Below, piece after piece: positions 41,107-52,435 of a stretch of 64,000 bases of DNA. The translations under genes were made by a program, and so were the position numbers. The DNA is from Octopus vulgaris (lineage: Eukaryota), in assembly GCA_951406725.2 (NCBI GenBank), contig OX597814.1:39494001-39558000 (forward strand), written 5' to 3'. Each line of letters begins with the position of its first letter. Position 1 is the stretch's first letter. The notes under the pieces are model-generated. The model saw nothing but the letters and a program-made list of their open reading frames with translations. It was not told the origin of the DNA and made no database searches.

Positions 41107-41416
41107 ATCACCGTCACCGTCACCGACCAAGCTATCAGATGTTGCTACACATCGCTGGTCACAATAGGCTTCGCATTGTTTTAGCCTTCAAATGACGCCA
41201 CCCCATTGGCTAAGCGAGCAGGCTAACAGAAGAAAGAGTGAGAGAAAGTTGTGGCGAAATAGTATAGCAGAGATCGCCACCATCCCCTGCCGGAGACTCG
41301 TGGAGCTTTAGGTGTTTTCGCTCAATAAACACTCACAACGCCCAGTCTGGGAAGTGAAACCACGATCCTACGCCCGCGAATCTTCTGCCCTAACCACTCG
41401 GCCATTGCAACCCCAC
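41107..41416 (-). mobile_element. tRNA-derived SINE, family D (tail type 2, RTE-like)
   Basis: Minus-strand head TGGCCGAGTGGTTAGGGCAG, body shared with 19692-20050, 3' end TGTGACCAGCG...TGGTCGGTGACGGTGACGGTGAT. Confidence 0.87.
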
Positions 41417-41602
41417 CTATGTGTATACATATATGTATATATATTAGAAGGTTTAGAGGTGATGTACAGGTATTATATATTAGAAGAACAGAATCCACTA
41501 GCGTGAATGCAAGCGCTAATATATGATGTATAAAAATAGGTGACATATTAATAAAAATCTGTATATATAAAGCCATCAAGATTTCTGAGTACCGTATTTC
41601 TT

Positions 41603-41651
<49 letters not shown>

Positions 41652-42242
41652 GTATATTTATATACACATACAACATGTATATATACTTATGTGTGTGTGC
41701 GTGTGTACTTATGTACATATAAGTGAGTTTGTACTGTTCTACGTGCCATTGTTCGGGGTTGCAAAGGATTCTAATACCCTGCAGCTGTTATTGTTTAGTT
41801 GCAAGTGAAACATGATCAATGACCACAAAGAGGCTCTCTGTTGATTCTGAGCGGGATTTGCGTTCATGAACTGGCCGCCTGTATCCTCTTTAAATATACA
41901 TACATATACACAAATATACAGATTGGTTATATGTATATACTGAAACTTATCAGTTTCGAAATAACAAGTATTTAGTTTAAGTCCAACGAATGCATTTCCT
42001 CACGACTAAATTGTCATGGTATAGATATTTTCAACCGACTAGATTTTCAGACCTTTGGTAAGAAGCTTGCTTTCCAACCACAAGTTCCTTGGATCAGTCC
42101 ATCTATGTGACCCCTTGAGCAAGTGCCTTCTACTATAGCCTTGGGCCGACCAAAGCCTTCTGAGTGGATTTGGTAAATAGAAACTGAAAGAAACTATCAT
42201 ATGTATATATGCATGTACATACATAAATAAATAAATAAATAA

Positions 42243-42287
<45 letters not shown>

Positions 42288-42487
42288 CGCACAGACATTA
42301 TTAGGGTAGTTAGTCGCAGTTTAGAACCGAAAGGCAACAGGTATAGTTGTCACTAATTTGATCGAGAGTGTTGGTAAGCACCAGCATTGCCAGATATATA
42401 TGAGTCAAAATACCACTTAGATATGTGAGGGCAGTTTTCTAACGATTTAGAAGGGAGACACTCTCCCTCCCTACAACAAGCGAGATG

Positions 42488-42536
42488 AGGTCATACAGCG
42501 ATGATTTCAAATCTGATTCATCTTCATCAGCAACCT
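42488..42536 (-). ncRNA. Type I hammerhead motif, unit 1
   Basis: Minus strand AGGUUG-CUGAUGA-AGAU GAAUCAG AUUU-GAAA-UCAUCGCUG-UA^UGACCU. Stem I is 6 bp with two GU pairs; stem III is damaged. Confidence 0.72.
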
Positions 42537-42831
42537 ACTAGTCAGTCGCCAAGAGTTAAAGAACTCAAGTCATCTTGTCCGCCTTATAGAGAACATTACA
42601 TGAAACATTAACTGATATTGAAAATTTTGAGGTGAGAATATAAGTTATTATGGTGGCTATTCTCAGTTTAGAACCGAAAGGCAACAAATATAGTCGTCAC
42701 TAAAGTGATGGAGGGTGCTAGCAAGCACGACCATTGCTAGACATAAGAGTCAAAACAGCTCTTAGCCACGTGAAAGCACTTTTTAATGACTGGCAACGGA
42801 GGCAGGCTCTCTCGCTGCGACAAGCGAGATG

Positions 42832-42881
42832 GAGTCATATCAGCGCAGATTTCAGATTTAATCAATATTCATTAGTGACTC
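42832..42881 (-). ncRNA. Type I hammerhead motif, unit 2
   Basis: Minus strand GAGUCA-CUAAUGA-AUAUU GAUUA AAUCU-GAAA-UC UGCGCU GA-UA^UGACUC. Perfect 6-bp stem I; core G5 mutated to A. Confidence 0.72.
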
Positions 42882-43798
42882 ATTACCTCGTCACCTAGGG
42901 TTAAGGTTGAGAAGGAGAATTAGGTTCTTTAACCTTTTGTGTATTATTTGTTCCACCACTAGTGCTTCACAAGTGATGTTGGTGTTTTCACATCCACATA
43001 ACTTAGCGGTTGGACCAAAGATATCGACATAAGTACCAGGCTTTAAAAAGTGTTCTGGCATCGATTCCATCGACTATAATGCTTCCAGATGGCACCCCAG
43101 CATGGCCTCAGTGTATTAACTGAAACAAAAGAGATAAAAATTAAATGCTATATGTATGTGTGTGTATGTATATATATATATATCCATCACCTCGTTTGTG
43201 TTCAGTAGGTTATAAATTTTGTACTGAATTGTTTCTTTTCAAATATTGCCATTTTCTATTCTGTTTTTGTTTCTCTTTAGGCCAATTTCCTTAATATATC
43301 CCGCTTTTATATCTTGCTATTTGTTTACATACGTTAATTCATCTTTCAACTATCATTGTCGTATCATCGTTTTACATTGACCACTTATGTGTGTATTTTG
43401 TCTCTATTTGATTATTGTATGCGGTTTCACCAAATTGCAAAAAGTTCGATACTTTATTATAGTTCGATTCATTAGATTGTTTTCCGTTACTTGTTCATTT
43501 TTTCTGTTGTGACTATGTTATATCTGTCTGAATTGATTACATTTGTAGTTTTTTTGTTGTTCTCTTTGATTTCTGTACTATGACTGTCTGTCTCACTAAA
43601 ATTTCGTTATTTTGTTATCGAATATATTGTGTCGGGTGTCTCTAAATTTTAATTATATCTTATTAATGGTCAAGGTTTAAATCATTTGTGCTCGTGTCTA
43701 ATATGGGCTAAATACGTGAAGCTATTTGAAAATGGAAATGCATGTTGATTTCTCGTTCGGCCTACTGCTCTTTTTGTTTCCATCTGTGTGTGCGTTTG

Positions 43799-43878
<80 letters not shown>

Positions 43879-44047
43879 TTGTGTATGTTTGTGTGTGTTT
43901 GTGTGTCTGTGTGTCTGTGTGTGGCCGGCACTTATTCTGATATTCACTTAATATTGTTGAGCATGCATGTTACTCAGAGCTAACACGGTGCTTCAATCTA
44001 AGTAACTAATACAACTGAATCTTAAATGCAATTTTTATATACATTAA

Positions 44048-44102
<55 letters not shown>

Positions 44103-44169
44103 GAGTGTATTTTACCTTGTTAACAATTAACACGGATAAATGAATGAATAGTTAACTCCATTTTTTATT

Positions 44170-44230
<61 letters not shown>

Positions 44231-44330
44231 AAAGGGCTTAGTAAAATTCGCCTTAAATGGTCCCTTTACATACTGAACACTTGGTGAAATTGATTAATAA
44301 TTAATTAATTAATTTTACCCTCAATTGTTG

Positions 44331-44372
<42 letters not shown>

Positions 44373-44425
44373 GTGGTTGCCCAGCTTTGCTCTGGAGTGG
44401 TTGCATTCCCTGTCAGTGTATATAT

Positions 44426-44543
44426 ATACAAAATGGGACAAGAACGCAAAACTTCCAGCAGACGATGCAAAAAACACGGACGGATCATTCGAAGCCTTTA
44501 ATCTTCAGTCAAGAATCGGATCATCCTCACAATTTCGGCTGAT
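44426..44543. repeat. Second copy of the 23583-23710 repeat
   Basis: Direct alignment by eye. Confidence 0.85.
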
Positions 44544-44773
44544 GTGTGTGCGTGAGTGTATGCGCGTGCGCGTATGTGTGCTTGGAGATTATTCAGCATT
44601 TAGTGTTTTAACTCTAATTTCTAACAATATAAGTGCTAGTCAGCATCGTCAGTCACAATTAGTGACGATTAAAATTTTTCGTTTATGATTTTATATTGCA
44701 CGTAGTTGCTTATACCAAGTTTTAGTATTCACATATACACATACATACATACATACATACATACATACATACA

Positions 44774-44806
<33 letters not shown>

Positions 44807-46410
44807 GCATATATATATGAGGCTTGACTAATTTTATACACTATGTGAGGCTATGCCCTGTTCAATTTAAGCAGTCTTAAAACCATGTAGGCTGATTCTA
44901 CACCAACTACCTACAGTGGTTTGTCTTGTTCGAGTCAAAAAACTTTGTAATGTAGCAAGTTCCCTGAGAAAAGCTCATGCAAAATAAATAAAATAATCCA
45001 AAGAAGAAGAAAAGTGGAACCCAAATTAAGATTTAGAAAATGCAAAATACTCGATTGACCTTATCTTAGTAACAATTATTCTAGTCTTTTTTAAAATACA
45101 TCTGCTTCGGTGTTAGAAAAATTGTAGTGACAAGTTTGAGAGACTGAAATATGGGAAGCGGAAGTTGGGGATTTGGAATAAAATATTATCTCACCGATAG
45201 GCCACATGATTAGACATGTTTACGTGTTTCTGTTGGAAAACGTTTGACTTGATTACAGTAGGGTGACACATATATGTTACTAGTAATGTGCAGGACATTG
45301 GGCACGATTTGTTCCTCTTTTCCATATTTCTATTGTACCTCTTTATATATATATTCCACTCGCCCGCCAAATTAAACTATATATTTCCATCACTTCATCA
45401 TGACCCAGATAAAACTGCCTCAACATATTGGCATTTCTGTACATATACAATATACTATTTGTAGTATTTTTTGAGTTTCAGACGCAGGAATATTTGTATA
45501 TTCACTTAATTTATAATAATTTATACCCCTTTCTTTCCCACCATGAATTTTAGACATATTAATAATACATTTTTTTATGAAAGACATTTTGTTACACATA
45601 CTAAGATGAAACTTCGAGTTAACTGTCAACATTTTCCTGAATAAAATAAATACGATACACTTCGAGAAAGTATTGCTTGATCCTTCAATTTAAAGTTTGT
45701 TTAATATAACAATACACATAAAATACAAAAAATAACACTCACACACACATATATACAGAGTGTGAGAGAACGAGAGAGTGAGATAGAGAAGAGAAGCGAG
45801 TCACAGAAAGATAAACAATAGAAATAAAGATATAAATATGATTTTTGACGTAGATGGATTGTTAATCTCATGAATCTGATATAAATAAGTTGTCTAAATG
45901 AAAACAGCTAGCCTACTTATATTTCTTAATATTTTGGGAGACATCACTAAATTTTAAAATAGTGCAATTAAATAGGAGATGAATATTTTTCTGTACAGTT
46001 TTGTCATTTCCATTTTTCATAGCGTTCGCTATTGTTAAAACTGGACATATCGTGATTCCTTCGTAATAAATATATATCATTGCAGGAAATAAGAGATCGT
46101 TATTACTCTGGTATCATCTAAAGTTATAGTATTTTAGCGTCACGTCATTATATCATTTTTAAGACATCTAAAATGTAAATTTATATGTATTTTTGATGTT
46201 AACATACATTAAGCATTGCAATGTAGACAAAACTCCTAGGTATTCAATGAAATAAGTAGCATATTGTTTTTATATAAATATCAAAATCTGTGTTAATTAC
46301 AAAATTATTGAGAATGATGGTGATGTTTTAATGTCTATTAACAATCATTCACTATAAAAGCTTTCTATTCATGTTTTTACTGCTTGCTGATATTCTATTG
46401 GTATATGATG

Positions 46411-46453
<43 letters not shown>

Positions 46454-46934
46454 CTCATATACATACACACGCAAATACACACACACAAATATACATGTGT
46501 ATATATATATTCTGCGTATTATATTCTACAAATTTAAACAGGCTCATTTTTGTATTACTTCATCGACCACAAAAACTTGATTATTTGCGTAGAAAGATAT
46601 TTCATGCAACATACTGATAGGATAAATATCAATGAGGAGAATATAAGCACGTAGCAACTATTCGAATTCATTATTAAACGTACAAGCTTCCGCCTACGTT
46701 TCGTTGTAGCCTGTGATAATTTTCCCTGCTTTCATATCATTCCATCTAGTACAGCTCAGCAAATTAGGAAAGGCAATTATATCTAACAGATGCTTTAAAT
46801 ATTTATTTCATAGTTTATTATTATTTTTTCTATAGTCATTTCTTTCTATATACTTGGATTATTTATCAGTAAATGACTAATACACTTATCGAACCCAACT
46901 TATTCAACAGTGATTGAGAAACAAATTTCAAGCA

Positions 46935-47436
46935 GTGCAAAGAGCCTTCCACCCTAATGGTGACACCGATAGGCTGTACGTCTCCAGAAGAAAGAGTGAG
47001 AGGTTCGATCAGTTACCAGCATTGTATCGAAGCAGAGGAAAACAGCTTATAGTTGTATGTAAAAAAATATTGTGGAATCATTGGTGAAACATGCGAAGAG
47101 GTCCGGCATCATTAAAACTGATAGCTGTGTAAAGAAAACTTAAGGAAGAAAATACCACAAAGAAAAAACAACATAGAAGGAAAAAATGCATGGTCAGTTT
47201 GCAAGGGTTGCGAACGCCAAAATAGATACAGAAGACCAGTGTTTATAGATGTGAAGGAGTGACCTGAAGATAGAGACAGAAGTACTTATATGAGCAGCAC
47301 AACAACAAGTGTTAAGGATTAACTGTGTGAAGTACATGATCGACAACAGTGTCGACAGCGACAAATACAGGATGTATGGTGAATGGGTAAAAAGCTATGG
47401 CACATAGTTCGCAAATGCCCTAAATTGGCACAACGG
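46935..47436 (+). mobile_element. R4/Dong-like non-LTR retrotransposon fragment 1 (pseudogenised)
   Basis: AFHPNGDTDRLYVSRR, KMHGQF, SDLKIETEVLI*AAQQQVLRIN and HIV..CPKLAQ motifs across frames. Confidence 0.82.
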
Positions 47437-48490
47437 GAACTCTTAGGATGCAAGATCTGTGTTGTCAACGAGAACATTCTAGATTGGTACATCAAACGGC
47501 AGAGTCAATCCTTACTTGCCGTTGTTAGAATTAACAATACAATACCTACCAAAAATGTAATGAACCCACAAACATTTAAGAAACAAGGTGAAGACGAAAG
47601 AATAAACAGTTGAAATATGAAATCACTGCATGGGCAATACCTCAAGAAATCGAAAGTGAAGACAAGATCAACAATTGGATATGCCTAAGAAAAAGTGATC
47701 TAAAAGAATGCACCGAAGCACTGATATGCAGCGCCCAAGAACAAGCTCTGAGAACTAATTACACCAAGCTCCAAATATATAAAAGCAGTGAATCGCCCCT
47801 TTATAGGATGTGTGTCAGCAAAAACGAAACAATCTGACAAATATGAGTGAGTGTACCAAGCTGGTTCAAAGGCACTACAAAGGAAAGCACGATAACGCAG
47901 CTAAGTTTGTTCACTGGAGGCTATGTGGAAAGTACGGCCTGAACAGAGTACGGAAACGGTACAAACATGAACGAGAAGGTGTCACTGGTAACAATGTATA
48001 TAAGATGCTGTGGGATTTTACAATCAAATGTGACTCCCTAAACGAGGGTCGGAGACCAGCTATTGTCGTGGTAGATAAAAACAAAAGAAACCGAAATTAA
48101 AGAGATTGCAATACCTGGAGATGTACGCATAAGTGACAAAGAACTAGAAAAGGCAAGAATGTATACTACGTGGAGAGTGTCTGTCATCTCAGTAATTGTA
48201 GGAGCACACTAGTAATAAAAACTAATTCCCAGTACAATGTCGGAGTCAGAGAAATCGGAATTGACATGAGAGCTGATGAAGCTCCAGAAGTTTGCTCTAG
48301 TAGGGACAGCTAAGATTTTCAGATTGGTACTTGGATGTTGAATGTTATTCACGGTAATAAACAACCAGCTATAAAGGCTTATAAAGTGCGGAAAGAGAGC
48401 CTGTGAGACCTCTGACAACAGGCTGCTCTCCGTTCTCAAAGAATCAACCAGTACAAACAAGACCGAGCGATCTGAAAAGTAAAGCAATAA
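47437..48490 (+). mobile_element. R4/Dong-like non-LTR retrotransposon fragment 2, with zinc-knuckle and restriction-like endonuclease remnants and a 3' UTR
   Basis: SDLKECTEALICSAQEQALRTN, ECTKLVQRHYKGKHDNAAKFVHWRLCGKY, LWDFTIKCD, RRPAIVVVDK, IAIPGD, KELEK, LQKFALVGTAKIFR; stop at ~48341. Confidence 0.88.
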
Positions 48491-48611
48491 TATTTCTTCC
48501 TGTGTCTCCCTACCTCTGTATCTCTGTCTATGTGACCCTCTCTCCTCTCTTCATCTCTCTCTTTTTCTCTCTCTCAGCAATATTTTACTCATCTTTGATT
48601 AACTTAAATTC

Positions 48612-48805
48612 CAGCTCCATTTATACGTGATAGTTTTTGCGACTTTTGAATTTCCATGTAGATTTAAATTAGTTGGCCTTGGATGTCGACAACAGCCGCA
48701 TTGCCTCCTCAATGTAAATGAAGAACAGCCATTTTTCGAAATACTTTCTATATTGTAGCTTACATCCGCTCCGTCTCTTCTTCTTAGTGAAGATGTCGCT
48801 GCTTG

Positions 48806-48836
<31 letters not shown>

Positions 48837-49772
48837 TCTCTCTCTCTCTCAGTTGTATTTTTATTGTATGCTTTTCCTTTTAACGCCATAGCAGCATTGT
48901 AACCATCTCCTTTTCCTTTCTCTTCCTTTCCCTCTTTTAACGATATTTCTGTTGTTTTCTCCTACCTTCCTATCTCCCCATCTATGTCTGTTAGTGATAT
49001 ACTTTTCTACTCTTGGTACAAGGACCGAAATTTTTTTTTTGGAGGGGGGGGCAGTCAGTTAGATCGATTCTACTACGCAACTGGTACTTAATTTATCGAC
49101 CTCGCAAGGATGAAAGGCAAAATCGACCTCGGTGGAATTTGAACTCAGAACGTAAAGACAGACGAAATAAAGCTGAGCATTTCACCCGGCGTGCTAACGT
49201 TTCTGCCAGCTCGCCGCCTTTCTGTTAATGAAATTTTGCCTATCATTATTCAACTTGAACTCTAGTTCCGCCTAGAGGCGATAATTTTTGCCACTTTTGA
49301 ATTTCCATGCTGCAGTTGGACTTAGATGTCGTTAACAGCAGCATTTTCACCTCCATGTAAGTTAACCAATGTTCTATTCGTAACAACAGCATTATTTCTC
49401 GAAATGGTTTCTATATTGTAAACATCATGTTCTCCCTCGCAATCCCTCTTATAATGATAATATCGCCGCTTTTTTTTCTTTCTCTCCCTCGGTCGTATTT
49501 TCATTGTTCGTTTAGTTCCTCTTAATCCAGCAGTACTATACCTTCTTCCCTCTACATCTGTGTCGCATTCCCTCTCTTAGTGATATTTTGTAATTTTTTC
49601 TCTCTTTCTGTCACTCACTCTCTCTTTCACTCACTCTCTCTCTCTCTCTCACTCATTTAGCTCCATCTAGAAGTGATAGTTTTTGCGACTTCTAAATTTC
49701 CATGCTGGCTTAAATCAGTTGGACTTGGATGTTGATTTCAACAATATTGAGTCCTTCTTGTAAGTTAACCTC
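48612..49772. repeat. Degenerate three-unit tandem repeat (~400-bp period), interrupted by a SINE
   Basis: GATA(G/A)TTTTTGC(G/C)ACTT(T/C)T(G/A)AATTTCCATG...AGTTGG.CTT.GATGT at ~48629, ~49280 and ~49676. Confidence 0.8.
49003..49218 (-). mobile_element. Family-A SINE with a decayed TSD
   Basis: Core and head present; flanks TCTGTTAGTGATAT and TCTGTTAATGAAAT. Confidence 0.88.
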
Positions 49773-50087
49773 GGTGATCCGCTGCGTAGCGTTATCAGCC
49801 ATCGTACGATGACAAACAGTGTAAGAAAATCACGCTTTCATCAGTTCGCAAACCCCCCTACCCAGTGTATGTGACGAAGAGGAGATAGCTACTACGAAAT
49901 GTTGCATCTCACAGTCGGGAAGATGGGTGCTGCGAATTGATCTGGGATATATTTACACCATTGACAGCAGCAAGGAATTTTCTCCATGAAAAAATACAGT
50001 GACAAAGCACAGCTTGTTTATTAGTCCAAAAGCTGGTAGCCACATTGCATTAATGTTTTCTCCGTAATCCCAATGATTCCGCCAGCT

Positions 50088-50270
50088 CAGGTACAAAACC
50101 TGAAATTTTGGGTGAGAGGTAAATGCATCGATCTTATTACTCAACTAGTTCTTAATTTCATCAACCACGAAAGGATGAAAGTTGACCTTGGCGGAATTTG
50201 AACTCAGAACAAACGTAGAGATGGACGAAATGCGGATAATTATTTTGTCTTGCACGCTAACGATTCTGCC
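50088..50270 (-). mobile_element. Family-A SINE, degenerate
   Basis: CGAAAGGATGAAAG...GGCGGAATTTGAACTCAGAAC...CGCTAACGATTCTGCC. Confidence 0.78.
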
Positions 50271-50530
50271 TGTCTAGGAAAATTGTCGGGGTATAGTAAT
50301 CAAAATGGAAGTGTTTCTGATTGGAATACTTTTGGCATTGAGACAATAATTTTCACCCTCGCCCACCACCATCACAAAAAAAATGTTAAATTATCCATTT
50401 ATAAACATTTGGAAATAGGGAAAACCAGAATAGAGATAATTAAAATAAATATCAGCATTAATGACTGGTGCATTTGAAAACAAAAGCAGCGGATGACAAA
50501 ACATATCCTAACTACCTGGGCATTTATGTA

Positions 50531-51270
50531 CAAGGGATGGCTGAAAAGTTCATTGGCTGAACATGAAGGAGTGACGCTAGGGCTGTGAAATCTTGCATTC
50601 ATTGATTTTAATTCTTATTCTTCTCTGAATTCTTTCTTTTCTGGTAAAAGTGACAAGAGACTGTTCAAAGAACACTTCAAATGTAGTTTGTGACTAGTTG
50701 TGACATCTCTTGTAAATGGACCAAATTTGGCATCGGGGTGTTACCAATTACCTGCAGAAAAAGGGTTTAGGCTCCAACAACATTCATGCTGACATGGTTG
50801 CTACAATAGCGGATGAGCTCCAGCTTCATCAACAGTGCAAAAGTGGGCAACTGAATTTATGAGGAGAAGAGAGAGTCTTGAAGTTGACCCAAGTTCTAGA
50901 CGTCATGCAAATATCACAATTGAGGAAAACATTGATCGTGTTCACCACATTGTGATGGATGACCAGCGATTGACTAAAAATCAAATAGCCAATGTTATCA
51001 TCATGTCCCATAAGACAGTTGAGAATATTCTGCGCCATGAACTTGGCACGAGGAAGGTCTTTTTCTCGGTAGGTGCCACGTCTTCTGTATCCTGATAAAA
51101 TGCACACCAGGCTGATCACATCACAAGAAAATTGACAATACTAGAAGCACATCTATCTGGACGTTTCCTAACCCAGGACAATTGTTGGGTTCATGACTTT
51201 TTGATAGAGACAAAGTGCCATTCCATGCTGTGGAACCACCCTTCCTCACCTGCTTCAGAGAAGAGGGCCA
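50531..51270 (+). mobile_element. 3'-truncated mariner relic (irritans-like)
   Basis: TA|CAAGGGATGGCTGAAAAGTTC terminus; ATG at 50716; STVQKWATEF.RRRESLEVDP, ENILRHELGTRKV..R*VPRLL, TQDNCWVH motifs. Confidence 0.85.
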
Positions 51271-51414
51271 TTGATATTTAATTTTGACTCTATATCTTCA
51301 GGAGGAGTTACCCGAATCTTTTATATATTAACCAAAATGAAGTAGGTTGACAATTTTTTTTTTGAACCAGTTGAAGACACACAAGATGTCGAAATATCGC
51401 TCACTAGATGATGA

Positions 51415-51434
51415 TAATAATAATAAAAATAATG

Positions 51435-51494
<60 letters not shown>

Positions 51495-51562
51495 TGATAA
51501 TTATAATAATAGTAATGATAATAATAATAATAATAATAATAATATAATTATAATAATAATAA
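51415..51562. repeat. (AAT)n microsatellite
   Basis: Direct reading. Confidence 0.92.
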
Positions 51563-52390
51563 TTCTTTCTACTAAAGGTACAAGGCCTGGAAGTTTGAGA
51601 AAGGGGACACAGTTCTAGTATCCTTTCTTCCTGTTCAGCTTATGAACTTTTCAGTCTACCCTCGTAAAAATTACTATGGAGAAAAAACCCGCATCATAAA
51701 GTGCTCCAAACATAGTAATGCAGAGTACTTTGGATAGAATAGAAAGCACATGTATAAAGCAAACTAAAGAGCGCTTAGCTGAACGGTGACAGGAGGAAAA
51801 AAGAAAAAAATATTTAAACTAATAAAAATGATAACAATAATTATAATGACTTCCCATAATGTTATTCGCTGGTCTTGATTTATAATCGTTCGTTTTATTA
51901 GCTGTTTTCGGAAACAAAGAAAAAAGTTAAATAAACACGTGAATATAATTAATGTATTAGCAATTACGGTTTCGGTTTCTGCAGGGATTAAGAGCTATGT
52001 GAATTTAATTGGTATTTAATATTCCGCCATGTGGGTTAGAGAAATTAAAGTGAAAAACAGCATTCTTTGCAAACTCGCTAGATTGGGAGAATACATGTCA
52101 CTAGTAAATTATACTTGAATACAAATGCATTTAATATCTTGGGAAATTTTATAATTTCTCAGAATATTATCTTTATAATTTTCAACACCGATAGAAAGTT
52201 TAAGATAATACTAATCCTGACTGCAGCTACTCTTGGATGCCACCAAAAAGGTTAAATTGTTCGCTTTGCAAAAATGTTATTCCTGTTTCAATCTCTCTAC
52301 CTGGCTTGGTGTTCTGCTATAGCTCACGTTCAACAAGTTCCACTGTAAATGAATTGGATGAATGAGAACTGTTTAGAAATGTGTCGTATA

Positions 52391-52435
<45 letters not shown>

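Larger units (their letters stand above)
42298..42905 (-). mobile_element. Tandem ~345-bp repeat (1.75 units), one hammerhead per unit; retrozyme-like
   Basis: CAGTTTAGAACCGAAAGGCAACA at 42317 and 42664; CAAGCGAGATG at 42477 and 42821. Confidence 0.75.
42056..43140 (+). mobile_element. Family-B SINE split by an insertion in its internal microsatellite
   Basis: Head at 42056-42200 (CCTTGAGCAAGTGCCTTCTACTATAGCC) and tail at ~42945-43140 (TAACTTAGCGGTT...CCAGCATGGCC...ACTGAAACAA). Confidence 0.78.

Noticed and set aside
44480-44543. Minus-strand CTGAAGA in the 23.6/44.4-kb repeat as a hammerhead
   Set aside because: No GAAA follows a stem II; the GAAA present lies upstream with no matching helices.
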